A stretch of 64,000 nt of DNA. Origin: Pecten maximus. Taxonomy: Eukaryota. Location of the stretch: the NCBI RefSeq assembly GCF_902652985.1, contig NC_047021.1, positions 38,874,001-38,938,000 of the forward strand, written 5' to 3'. The notes below the pieces were generated by a model that saw nothing but the letters and a program-made list of their open reading frames with translations, did not search any database and was not told the origin of the DNA. The first letter of the stretch is position 1. Each line of letters starts with the position of its first letter. Below are positions 13,604 to 27,008 of this stretch, in pieces. A program made the position numbers and the translations under genes.

Positions 13604-13917
13604 AAACAAGCATTCTGAGAATATTGCTAAAGCAATCCTCTACCGGCCCCCGATAAAAATGATAACAGTGACCTTGACATTGACCAAAAAACCCTGAAGC
13701 TAAAATTTGACCTGTAGCTCTTCATGCTGAAATTACATACCAACTTTCACCAACATACCTTGAAGCATGGCTGAGAAAAGTGTGGAAAACTAAGTGGATG
13801 GACGGACAGACAGACGGATGTACAGATGGACAAACAGACAGACAAATGTACGGTCGGGGAGGAAACCTTATAATTTCACTGTAGTCCCGCCCATTTCACC
13901 AGTACGGGAATAATAAA
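13604..13917. mobile_element. Helentron-associated non-autonomous element (HINE/pearl-like)
   Basis: AACAAG terminus, TGACCTTGA motif, (GGAC/AGAC)n microsatellite, terminal TCCCG...CGGGA hairpin followed by an A-rich end. Confidence 0.7.
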
Positions 13918-16528
13918 ATGAGTTGTGTGGCTAAGACTGGTGAACTAAATACCACTGCTATATCTGAACCTCCTGATTTAACACCCCCTTCTCTTGCCTC
14001 CATGTCCGAGCAGTCGGTAGCTAGGTTACTTTGATTGATCCATCCATGCCCGGCACCATTTTCTTCCAATAAAGTATTTCATTGATTAGTATTTTCAGGA
14101 CGTTGCAGTAATAGCCCCCTCGTTATATACAACTGGTTTAATGTGGTTTTTTTCCATCATCGATAACAAGTATCTTCATCCAATATGGCTGCCAACGACA
14201 AATTTGAAATCATCATCTTGGATATGCATCTTGTTTACATAACAGCCATATCATATATATATTCTTTACTTAATTGCCCTTACAATCATTTGAGTTAAAA
14301 TGAAAAGATCTTATTTTCACGTCTAGACTAGATAATTTTCAATATTGACTTTCCAGTGTTAAAATGTTGAATCATTTTCAAATAAAAACGTACTACCGTT
14401 AGATATCTCTAGCAGAATATAACATATTCTCCCACCATATGATTTTGAAATATCTTCGACACTTTCCCTGCTATCTTAATTACTGCTACTACTCCAAATT
14501 TATTTATTTAATCAAGGACTTTCATTATTGGTTGAAATACAGACTCGGTAAAGTATTCAGAGAACCAATTAATCATATAGCTGTATTTCGCTTTAACTAC
14601 CCCATTTGGTTTGCTTTGAAACACAATATTTTAATGACATCTTCTCTTTGAGTGCCAAACAACTTAATTCCGGTGTACAAATACATGCAATTATCACTGG
14701 CGAAGGCTTACGTACAAAACTCTATCTTTTGTGTATATCAATTTCATGTGCAAAAAGGCACATACTTTTTATCAACTTGGAGATTTATCGACTAAACTTG
14801 TGGCCAATTGCATAACAACTGCACTTCTTGATGGCTGAGCTTGTTGATTAAACATGTCTACTGAACCGGCAGTTTGTTCTTTCAAAATAATTCAACTCGT
14901 TATTCCTAAATGATATCTGATCTTGTAGATAAATTAAGTTATAACTATCTTAGTGTTAAGATATAACCTTTTAATGTAAAAAAAAATATACCTTACTTAA
15001 ATATCTTAAATATCAGAATGAACATTTGAATACATGTATATATATCTGAACTTGTCAATATATGTCCGAACTTGTAAAAAATGACTCAGTGCCTTTCGCT
15101 GAGCTATGAAAATATACTGTTTTTCTGAGACCTATGTCTATGACTAACTTCTTATAAAAACAGGTGATCTAATAACTTTTAACTTGGCTTACATGAAGTG
15201 GAAGATTTTTGTACAGGACGGCCTACCATTCTATAGACACCACTCATTCTTATTGTCAATAAACAACCCCATGGTTGTGTACCACAAAAGGTAATTTTGT
15301 TTTGTTGTATATAAGCTTTATCTTGTGGTAACTACAGCTTGCTATAATCTGCCATGACATCAGGTATGAAAATGGTAATTTCTCGGGGAAAATGGCAGAG
15401 GACTTTAAATTAGCAGGATTTTGTCAGGGCACTTGTCATTTTAAAATTCTTCAATTATACCTAGCCATTCATATCACTATACACAACTTTCCACTTAAAA
15501 TATACATTCCAATTCCAATGAATCCCTGAATCCTCTAGCTATACACAATATTTCAAAATCACAATTTCATACATTATATTGACACTAATTGAGAACTTAA
15601 GAGGTAGCTACGTCATCTCCAACAAAGACTAATCATGATCGATATAAAACAACAATAGGCTGTTTTCTATTGTTATATAATACCAAAAGTTACAAAGCTC
15701 AATATTACCTCTCCAGAAGTTTGAACTTCTCGTTTCTATCTTACTGCAGGGAGTAAATAAATAGTATAATCACATATTCCATAGAAATTCTCCATCCTCC
15801 TCGATCAAGCTACCAGTGTTTTTGTATGAAATTTTCAGTCTTAAAAGCAATCATTTTGGGCACTGTTTTTTTTTTATGTTTTTGTTTTTTTTAATGTAAC
15901 TTCATGGTGTCAATTTAATAGTATTTCTATAACATGGGTGTCATTATATGTATTTTAGGGGAAACTTGTGAACATGCGGTCAATAATGTTGCATCTTAAA
16001 AAGTCTAATAACATTCTTAACTGCTAAATAAAACAGATCAGTTAACGCAATGTTGTTGTTTTTTTTTTAACTTTTAACTACATAAGTACATGTATGTAGA
16101 TTATGGTCGTGTAATTTCCGTACCTTTGGTGAGAATTGCTGTAAATACAGTTATCAAAAATTGTTCAAACTGTATTCTGAAGCATCTCATTTTTCCTACC
16201 TTTAACGATAAGCAAGTCAAATTATTTATTGGCTCCTCCAGTTTGTATCACAGTATCTTACAGCAAAATTCATGAAATTTCGCATGAAATAAACTTAAAG
16301 AGTTTTTATGAAGTTTCCTTTCAATGCCCATGGCATTACTAATGTCTTTGTTTACAATATATCTTGACAAAGAATACTTACTTTCGAGCAATTTATTGGA
16401 CCGAGGTGGATTTTATTACATAAATATGTCACATGGAATTGTCACAACTCTTCGAAAGGGTTTCCCCTAAGTATTGGCCTCATAATAAAATAAGAAAAAT
16501 TTACATCATCGTGACAAGTTTTATGATT

Positions 16529-16546
16529 TTGCCAGCAGGTGGCGCA
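16529..16546 (+). promoter_or_regulatory. Candidate CTCF site TTGCCAGCAGGTGGCGCA
   Basis: Matches core CCASYAGRKGGCRS exactly, in AT-rich surroundings. Confidence 0.5.
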
Positions 16547-19035
16547 TGTATGTATTTGCCAGAGCAAGCAGTATTCAACTAAAAATCAATTATGACGAAA
16601 ACTACCAAAGAACCTCACTATTCTGGTTTAACTGTAGCTGTAGTAGAAAATTATACTTCTTCCAATTTGTCATAGAATTCTACTTTCTACTATTTGTGGG
16701 AAAACCCTAAAAATAATCAATACCATCTCTGGACCTGTTTGATTTTGAACTCAAAGTGACATTTTTACCGACTCTGAATACAAATAAACTACAGCATTGT
16801 GATTCTGACCCAGATATTAAAATATCAAATTGAATGGAAAGCATCCAATGAATATTCATAGGTTTTGATCTGCGTATAAGGACAATATCACTTTTAAAAC
16901 TTCGACATAATTGTATAATTAATTTTGAAAAAGAAATGTTCTTTTAATATGTTCAAAGGTAATTACAATAAATAAAGTATGATCTGACATAAAGAATAAA
17001 TATGAACAAACATTTAATTTGCTTTTCTGTCACAGCTGATAGCTAACAGCTTAACAAAGAATACCGACATAATAACGAAACCATAATTCTAACTCGAAAT
17101 TGATTGAACTAGTGCAAAATATAAACAAAAATATTGACTTGTATCGACCACTTGAAAAACTACAAGGAGAATAGTAAGACCAGGCGCTCTAGTAATTACA
17201 ATTCGGAGTGTGGGAAAAATATATTGTTGCTCGTTTTTTTTTAATCTAACCATCTCTTGATAAAGCTTTTGCTACAATCAACTGAAGAATTTATAATAGT
17301 CCCTGAAATTTAAACTTTAAACCTAAAATCTGTACATGGATGTCCTATAGTTTTTGCTCCTCATGAACAAAAGATTTCAAATACCAACCACAATTTTAAA
17401 ATGCTATATAATAGCTGAATACGGGGTAGAAGAATTTTTTTAGGACGCCCAGCAGAGAAGAATCCCTTTATGCCTTCAAGCTCTATACAAAACCCCCAGT
17501 AGATACACATATACAAGCCTTTGTTATCAGCAAACCAAACTCTTCTTAAATTACGTTAAGACAAAAGAAATACTGCACACTCGACTATAATATAAAGAAG
17601 GCCCACAACACCAAAACTAAATATAAACAATTAATTTCAGGAACCTTTGTGTTTCTCTTCATAAAATGTTTCAGGTAATTTCTTGGTTAAACAAATTGAT
17701 CGAAGCATACGAATATACGTACCAACATATCGGTGATATATAAAATCCACCTTTTCCTCATTTTTCAAATACCAATTCAAAATCGAATACGTGGCATATA
17801 CTTCATGTTTGTACAAGAATTCCGTGTTCTTATGGAAGAGATCTTCGCTCACTGAGAGCAGCCATTTGCAGTTATAGCGATATAAACTTATCTAATGTTA
17901 TATCCTTCTTAAGCTAACTCTAACTCTACCTTTAATAGGACGTCTACCATAATGGTATCTTTCAATATAATCTCTCTAATTTAATCATTTGAGATATTCT
18001 TTTGTTATTTGCCAAAATAAGAATTCATTTCTTTCATTCTATTGTACAGGTACAAAATGTATATATTCATTGTTTAAGTATAGGTTCTCTGGATATACCA
18101 TGACAAGAGTCTTCCTCACACCACAGATCAATGTTAAATCAAGCTTCAACATGTATGATGTAAATTTTCTTTCATCTGAAATATCTAATTAATTTTTCAA
18201 TACAACTTGCAGCATTTAAGCTTAAAACCCCTATGTGTCTGTGTCTGTTCTTTCATTTACCTTCCTGATAAATGAAAAAAGAATCAGATTTAATACAACA
18301 CTGGCCTATAATGTATGAGTTTAGATAAGTAGATGTACAAAACAGAAGAAGCAGCTACCTTCAAGGGGAAACACTGCATGGCCTAGAAGTCAGACACATA
18401 ATTTACCTTTGATTTCACCCCATCTTGAAGCATATTTGTAAAACAAAATTATGAACAGTAGAACAATTTTAATGCCTCTATCATGTGCTAGATACATACA
18501 CCCTTGCCACATGGCCTTGACCTTAGGACCCCTATACAACATATCAACCATTGAAATTTGGACCTTTTGAGATATACTGAAATGGAGGAATGAAGCCCTG
18601 ACAATTGAAATACATAAACTTACAAAGTTATTGTTTAAATAAAAAATAAAACAATGATTTTCCAAGGAAATACTTGCACTAGAACTTTCTCATGTATTAG
18701 ACCATTACCATTGGTATGAACTTTTTTAGATGTAGGTTGAAGAACAGTAAAATCCTTCCTCTACTGTAATATACGAGTTCAGAGCCTATGACCTGAGCCT
18801 GGGGGGATTTTCACTGAATCCTGACCTTTCTCGTTCGATTTTTCTCATCCTTAAATTGCATTATCTATTCACAGTACAATTCACTTGGATGAAATTAATT
18901 TTTTTTTCTGGCATTACTTTCCTTTAACCATATGTTATTTATGTTTCTTAGAATATATTATTTTGTCTATCTACATCTCAAGTTACTATTGTTTGTGCTA
19001 AAAAAATCTGCATGAAACAAAGTAAATATTCTGTA

Positions 19036-19932
19036 ATGTGAAGATCTAGTTTTTGTTGTGTGAAGATCTAGTTTTTGTTGTGTAAACATCCAGTTTTTAT
19101 CATGTAAACATCTAGTTTTTATCATGTAAACATCCAGTTTTTATCATGTGATTTTTTTTGTTTTTTATTGTGTTAATTAAAAACATCTTGTTTTTATCAT
19201 GTAAACATCTAGTTTCTATTGTGTAAACATCTACCATAGTTTTAAAATGTAAACATCAAGTTTTTTTTAATGAATTTTTTTTAATGTAAAACATCCAGTT
19301 TTATCATGATTTTTTGTTTTTGCTTTATTTTGTAAACATCAAGTTTTTATCAGGTAAAATCAAGTGTTTATCGTGTAAACATCCAGTTTTTATTGTGTAA
19401 ACATCCTGTTTTTATTGTGTAAACATCAACATTTCATTGCGTAAACATCCAGTTTTTATTGTGTAAACATCCTGTTTTTATTGTGTAAACATCAAGATTT
19501 CATTGTGTAAACATCCAGTTTTTATTGTGTAAACATCCAGTTTTATTGTGTAAACATCTAGTTTTTATTGTGTAAACTTCAAGATTTTATTGTGTAAACA
19601 TCTAGTTTTTATTGTGTAAACATCCTGTTTTTATTGTGTAAACATCAAGATTTCATTGTGTAAACATCCAGTTTTTATTGTGTAAACATCCAGTTTTTAT
19701 TGTGTTAAAATCCAGTTTTATTGTGTAAACATCTAGTTTTTATTGTGTAAACATCTAGTTTTTATTGTGTAAACATCCTGTTTGTATTGTGTAAACATCA
19801 AGATTTTATTGTGTAAACATCAAGATTTTATGGTGTAAACATCCAGATTTTATGGTGTAAACATCCTGTTTTTATTGTGTAAACATCAAGATCTTATTCT
19901 GTAAACATCTAGTTTTTACAATGTAAACATCG
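19036..19932. repeat. 22-bp minisatellite TTTTTATTGTGTAAACATCCAG (forkhead motif GTAAACA in the unit)
   Basis: About 30 GTAAACA copies by manual count. Confidence 0.95.
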
Positions 19933-21206
19933 ATCCAGTTTGAGTCTCTATTGCATAATCAATTGGAATTTCTTTTATTTTCTTTAAACTATATAAGTAC
20001 GATTAATTACCGGTGATCATCTAAAAAAGTAAGCTCTTTTTCAGAAAAGTGAACAGGTCCTATTGTGTTAATTGTATTGTGAAAATATAATCCTTTTAGA
20101 TTCACTTTACGGCTGATTTCTAGTTTTTTCAATGATTAATCAATACCCTTTGGACCCGAATGATCAGATCAGATCACAATCATATTCCAGGATATGTCAG
20201 AAAAACACAATTACACATTTCTAGATGAAACCTACTTCCACCAAACTGATGGATTTTCATAACATCATATTTACACATCGGTCCATTTACGTTGGAGTGG
20301 ATGTGAGGAAATTTAATTCTCCAGCCAGCGTACACAGGCATTATACTAAATCTGTCATTGAGCCGTACACACAACGGCCAACAGTTTATACCGGAGAATA
20401 ATTCCGTCCCCGAGGTATTTGGAACAATAAAGGTATCCCTGAATATTGTGTACTATCCTTCGGATGCGGCAGGACAGCCAGAAATACGCAGAACTGAATT
20501 ATCAATATGGTTATGGACGTTCCCGCACACCCTCGCGGATGTCTAAATGGAGGTTTGATTTAAGGGAGAGAGATACAAACTGGCGTGCATCCAGTGAACA
20601 GTATACAGAACCAAGCCGTCCGGACACTGTCAATGAATAAATGATTCAGAGTATTTGGTGAAATATGGCTATCAGTACCACACAAATGCCTACATTAGTC
20701 TGATAGTAGAAAAGCTAGGCAACAACGAGCAATTTTACAAGAGATTTTTCTGTGTTGTCTGCTCAGTGTGGTAAAAAATACTCAAAACCAGCGCAATAAA
20801 ACCCAGCAATTTTAGCTTGATGTAGAATTTTTAACAGAGAGGGAATTGAATAATTCATGAAAATATGCACCGGAATAGTCAACTTAAAAATATTTCTAAG
20901 ATATTTATTGACACTTCAATGTTAAAGGCATGTTGCCACTAGCTCGACAAACATTACATTCTTTCAGCTCAAACCATGCATATATATCTCAAACATTCTT
21001 ATCTTTCATCTTTCTGATTGGTGACCATCAAGTATTAAAAATTTGTAACAGCTAGTGCAAAGTATTATCATATGGCATAGAGTATAAAAAGATTAACGTA
21101 ACAGTAAATTGGTAGGATGCTCCGTCTTCTTTGGTCAAGGACTGACCTTCTTTGGTCCAGGGCTGACCATATTAGGCATCCTGGGTGTTGTTGACCAGTC
21201 CTTCTT

Positions 21207-21219
21207 GTTGCTAAGCAAC
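21207..21219. promoter_or_regulatory. Candidate RFX X-box GTTGCTAAGCAAC
   Basis: Two inverted GTTGCT half-sites with a 1-nt spacer; motif match only. Confidence 0.4.
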
Positions 21220-21844
21220 ACTGAAAAACTGATTTCAAATGGTGCTAGAGTATGTACATAGGAATCTAAGCACCAGAGGAAACCAGGACTTCAGTCGTAC
21301 AAAGGTTTCCGCGAGGATGTCCGCGATCTCTGTAGAATGCTACTTACATGGAACCTTAAACACAATATTTCTCATCAAATTTCATGCCCAGAAATATTTT
21401 TCTATCAACCATTCTCACAAATCTTTCCAACATTATCTTTCAAACAAACCATTCTCATAAACAGTTCTCACATTTTCTTTTTAAAACCAACCATTCTCAC
21501 AAATATTTCTGAAATGCATAACTGATCCAACTCTTTCAGCTAGTGAATAACCAACAGATGTTCTAACCTCTAAAACACATAAAATGTTCTGTGTCTATAA
21601 CACATTTAAACAAAAACAATAATTACAGCTTGCACAAATATCTTAAAAATAAATAAATTGCCCTTGTAATAAATCAATTTCACATCCACATGCATATCCC
21701 ATTAAACTGCTATCTAGGTCAATTTGATCCTAAACAATCAGTTTTTACAAATCTGTCAGACAAAATATGTCGCTACTATATCACTTCCAACAAAATCTTT
21801 CCAATTAGAAATTGAAAATGATAGTCATGGAGTCAGTGCTTATA

Positions 21845-22230
21845 GAAAGACACAGGAGACTGTTGTTGTCATGGTGATATAACTATTGGTCTATATATAG
21901 AATCAGGGGAGTGTTGTTGTCATGGTGATAACTCTTGGTCTATATATAGAATCAGGAGAGTGTTGTCATGGTGATAACTCTCGGTCTATATAAAGACACT
22001 AGGGACTGTTGTTGTCATGGTGATATAACTCTTGGTCTTTATAGAGACATAGGGGACTGTTGTTGTCATGGTGATGTAACTATTGGTCTATATATAGACA
22101 CTGGGGACTGTTGTTGTCATGGTGATGTAACTATTGGTCTATATATAGACACTGGAGACTGTTGTTGTCATGTTGATATAACCGGTCTATATATATATAT
22201 AGACACAGGGGACTGTTGTCACGGTGACAT
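21845..22230. repeat. ~51-bp minisatellite containing X-box GTTGTCATGGTGAT and palindrome GTCTATATATAGAC
   Basis: 8 units, 6 with the exact 14-mer. Confidence 0.93.
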
Positions 22231-22399
22231 AACAAGACACATCTTTTGCCAATGTTATGGCTTAGAGTAATCAATCTGGGACAGTTTCATCACTACAATA
22301 AAGGCAATTTTAGAAAATCTTCCCAGTAAAATCTAGAATCGCATCTCCTCTGTTTGTGTTTGTTATATACGAATGTAAGCCTGATTACAATAATAACTT

Positions 22400-22820
22400 C
22401 ATGTGTGATTGTGTGTGTTATAAATAGAAATGTGTTATAAATAGAAATGTGTGTTATAAAAAGAAATGCATGTGAGTGTGTAATAAAAAAAATGTGTGAC
22501 TTTGTGTATTCTATAAATAGAAATGCATGTGAGTGTGTGTAATAAAAAGAAATATGTGTGACTGTGTGTGTGTGCTATAAATAGAAATGCATGTGAGTGT
22601 GTTATTAATAGAAATGTGTGTGGCTGTGTGTATTCTATAAATAGAAATGCATGTAAGTGTGTAATAAAAAAATGTGTGACTGTGTATTCTATAAATAGAA
22701 ATGCATGTGAGTGTATTATAAATAGAAATGTGTGTGATTGTGTGTGTATGCTATAATTATATAGAAGTGCATATATGAGTGATTCCATGTCAGCATGTAT
22801 ATTATACATAGAAATGTGTG
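22400..22820. repeat. Irregular minisatellite with CTATAAATAGAAATGCATGTGAGTGT units
   Basis: Repeated TATAAATAGAAATG core. Confidence 0.85.
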
Positions 22821-24841
22821 TAAAATACCACACATGTATGACCTGTACACACCAAACATCACAAACACCAGGTGCACATGCCCAACCACACACTTACAGT
22901 ACATTACACATAATTTATTCCAAAAAACATATTTTACTTTTAAGACTGATTTCACATAAAAACAGCAAAAGTGAGAAAACATAGGCATGCCACACCATAT
23001 AAGCAATATACACAGGGCAGATTATACTGCTTTAAACTTCAAAGATACCTGTTGCTGGCCAAGCGAAGTTAGAATCATCCTGACCGATTATAAGACTCCC
23101 AGCTGCCAGTTTTCTAGGAAATCTGAGGTTGCAACATAACAAACCCTACGGTGCTTGTTAAGAGGTTGTCCGAGATGTCTCCTCAACTTTCCTTCCCGTC
23201 TGCTGTAATTGTCAGAACATGGAGATTCTCCGGCAATGGTTGTTGTATCACTACATGACAATGGCTGACTGATATATTAACCACTAGTCAGCCATGCAGA
23301 GAGTTCTGTTGCTGCTGGTGCTGGAAGCTTCCCTGGTTGTCGTCACAACGCTTGCCAATATTGGAAACTAAACTACAATTCTGCTTCAACTGGGTCACCT
23401 ATAGACTGAGAATGACACCAAGGATGTCCACAATCCAAAAACTCAACAACAACATATAGGTGTCAACATTTACATATGTCTGCGCGCATGGACTCCCATA
23501 CGTACACATATGACGTACATAATACGTTTTTTGCGCAATAAGTCATATATACGTACGTAGCTGTGTTCCTATAGCTTCCTTGAAATGAATTGGTACGGAG
23601 GAGGAACCGTTGACAAGATATATAGATCCGTACTGAGGAAGGATAAATAGTGCAATCAATGGCTGCTTGATCCACACATGCTATTTGTAGTGGAGAAGTC
23701 CTCGGGATGAGCTTGACGATACCTCGGCCAGTGTTCAATCCAACCGAAGGCGGTTTCCACAGCCTCAGTCACATAATCAACACACGATATCAACCTACAA
23801 TTAATTCCCTATTACTCTGCTCCAGGGCCAATCAAGGAATACAAACCAACTCAGCGAGCCCTAGGAAATTCTAACAAATAAATTAGGATTGTATTGGATT
23901 CCCTGGTCATGCGTTATAAAACAAATGACCACTGCTAATGTTCAACGTTATCTTTGTGATCTTTTTGCACCAATAAATAAAAAAAACTAAATAACTATAT
24001 ATATATATATATAAGAATATACATATATAAGAATGTGTTTCACAGAATACCAACTTCAGAAATCAGTATAGACAAGAACACATCAGGTAAGTTTCCTTTC
24101 CAATGGAGTATCAACTGATTCCAGCAGTATTTCTGAAGGCTAAATGTGCTCAGTATGACCTGTGTATTCACACTTATACGGTCGTACTGGTGAAGACGTC
24201 CTGTCCTCGAAGGCAGATCTTCTCCAGCCAAACTGTGTCCACCACTGGACAGTTTTACGTGTTGATAATACAGGCCCCGGGACCTCGTAAAAACCACAGT
24301 GAGAACAATAAAAGGAGACAGGATCTCGCGAGTCTAATTTGATCACAATGCTGACCTCGGACTTATTGTTTAGCTATTATCAATATAATAAGTTATCAGA
24401 TGGGGCTTTATGAAGCTTCGATATTGGATTGGCGAACTTGACTTGGTATATTACACAGAATGTACTTAAAACAAAAACCTGTCCAACCGATATCCACGGA
24501 TCCATAATCATAACAAAAGGCTTTTAACGCATAGCTTTACTGGGCCTAAAAGGACAGGCTGGTTTTAGATCAGTTAATTATTGTATACAGATATCTTTTG
24601 TTTTTGTCATTTCAATGAGTACACACTAGCAACAAGGGCAGATAACTCTAAAAAATAGTCCTGTTACTTATATTGTATCAGGAAATAATAAAGCATTTAG
24701 CACATAATGTACATTAACTTTAAGTCTATATCAAGGTAAATACATATTTATCTGGGTAAATTTACAAGAAATTTCAAATCAGCATTCCTTTTTTTTAATA
24801 TTTTATAATGTTTGTACAAAATATGTGGGTATTATATCTCT

Positions 24842-25430
24842 AACAAGAGATACCAGAGGGATCTTGGTGCCCACCATTTTATAACCTTTATTGAATCTTT
24901 GTAAGACTGATCTTTTCTCCAATTTTCTCTTCTTCCTCTTAATCATTTGAAAACCAGAGGAACCTATATATTAAATATAAGAAAGATCCATCCAGAATTC
25001 TCTGAGAAATAGGGTTAACAAACGTCAACCAATACAAGGGAAATCAAAATGAAATTCAAGAAATATTCCATGAAGAACTTTCTAAGATAACAAAATTTAA
25101 CTGATAAAATTCAAAATGGCCACCTGACTGCCATCTTGTTTTCAGATCAGTCACAAAATGGACCAGGCATAACTAGGTACAAGGGGAGCCTACAGGCAAA
25201 CATTTAGGAAGATAAATGAAGAATAACATTAACAATCTCAATTCAACTGTCAAAATTCATAATGGCTGCCTGTTGGCAATCTTGATTTCTGATCAGTCTC
25301 AAAAGTGAACATTCACGACTAGGGACCTGCAAGTGGAACCCACATATGAAGTTTGACAACGATGTTCCAGTGCTTCTCCCGAAATATCAATAACAGGAAA
25401 TGTTAAAGGACTGACGGATTCGAGTTGCAC
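24842..25430. mobile_element. HINE-like element with internal ~146-bp repeats
   Basis: AACAAGAG terminus; two diverged copies of AAAATGGC...CATCTTG...GATCAGTC near 25106 and 25252; residual GGACTGACGGA. Confidence 0.6.
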
Positions 25431-25554
25431 ACATTATGAATGCATATACAATCTCTTAGGAATCATGCTTTCATTAAAATATTTCTAAACCTTCAGTTTT
25501 ATCAACATCATAATAAGCAGATTAAGCCATCAACAACTTTCAAAAGTGCTATAT

Positions 25555-26045
25555 ATCTAGTCAACAACAATGAATTGTGCTAAACGTCTAGTCAGCTAGA
25601 AAACACTGAACTTTACGTGCCAAATCAAGTCGAAAAACATATTGAACTGTACTAAATCTTGTCGAAAAACAATTAACTGTGCTAAATCTTGTCAAAAAGC
25701 AATTAACTGTGCTAAATCAAGTCAAAAAACATTGAACTATACTTAATCGATCTAGTCAAATAACAATTAACTGTGCTATTAATCTTGTCAAAAAACAATT
25801 AACTGTGCTAAATCTGGTCAAAAAACTATTAACTGTGCTAAATCAAGTAAAAAAACATTGAACAATACTAAATCTAGTCAAATAACAATTATCTGTGCTA
25901 AATCTAGTCGAAAACAATTAACCGTGCTAAATTTTGTCAAAAAACATTTGAAACTGCTAAATCTAGGCAAAAAACAATTAACGGCTAAATCTAGGCAAAA
26001 AACAATGAACTGCTAAATCCAGTCGAAAAACAATTAACTGTGCTG
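25555..26045. repeat. ~29-bp minisatellite AAAAACAATTAACTGTGCTAAATCTAGTC
   Basis: About 16 diverged units. Confidence 0.9.
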
Positions 26046-27008
26046 AACAGGTTTAATATGTTGATATATCAGTCAATATGTATACTTTATTCTTATAAGC
26101 TTACTGAATCCCTTTCTCCATTTAGAGTGTTTTCACTGGTATAGTGTACATATTGTACACGGAAAGGCGATGGGAGAAATTCAAAACACCGAAAATAATT
26201 CAAGGAGTACTGTAACTTAAACTATATATAGTTACGACCTATATGATTGTGTTAAGTTTTGATCAACTAAAAATTATCAACTCTAGTTTTGATCAATTAA
26301 AAATTATCAACTCTACAATCCAGTATAGATGCATCATGAATAGAAAGGTGAAATTCTCAGAAAAAAATAATTTTTTATCACTATGCAGAAATGCCAGGCT
26401 TTATTTAGAAGTACTTAGATGTAGATACACAGTATGTTGTGATAGGCAGATTAGAGTTATATAATCTCTGTGTGCATTTGTGTAATGAGCTATTTTCAAG
26501 GAATATGTCTTTGGGGAATAAATCTTTGCATATCCTTGAAGTGAAAAAAGTTTGATAGAAAATGTTAATTACATAATGTCCGAAGGATTTTAGCTACACA
26601 GTCTTTCTGAAATAAGTCATTAAAATCAATATATATAGCACCTGAATAATGGATAATTTTGAAATATGCAGAAAATACAAATATGGTGTTGTGAACTAGC
26701 TGCACAGGGAAGTCAGAATAATTTTATATTTTGATATACAGGTTAAATGATACATTTTATCTAATTTTCCGTTAGCTGCATTTTTCTTCATTTTTGTTTT
26801 GTTTTTATTTTACCCAATGTAAATATACAAGTAAAATAGTCTTGTGCTGACAGAGATAAATTATGAAATTGAGTTAATTATATAGCATTTCAAAACTGCA
26901 TACCATATATGCTGCCAATATGGCTCTTAAAAATATCATAAAAGATGGGTAAAAATAAAATCCAAGGGGAGACAACTCTAATGAAAAACTAAATTAATTT
27001 TTATTTAA

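Noticed and set aside
15597-16002. Possible TTAA-flanked MITE
   Set aside because: Terminal inverted match is too short and degenerate to support
21147-21220. Possible 74-nt exon (LLSNKKDWSTTPRMPNMVSPGPKK)
   Set aside because: Its plausible frame is phase 1-0, which does not fit the phase-0 intron without another exon
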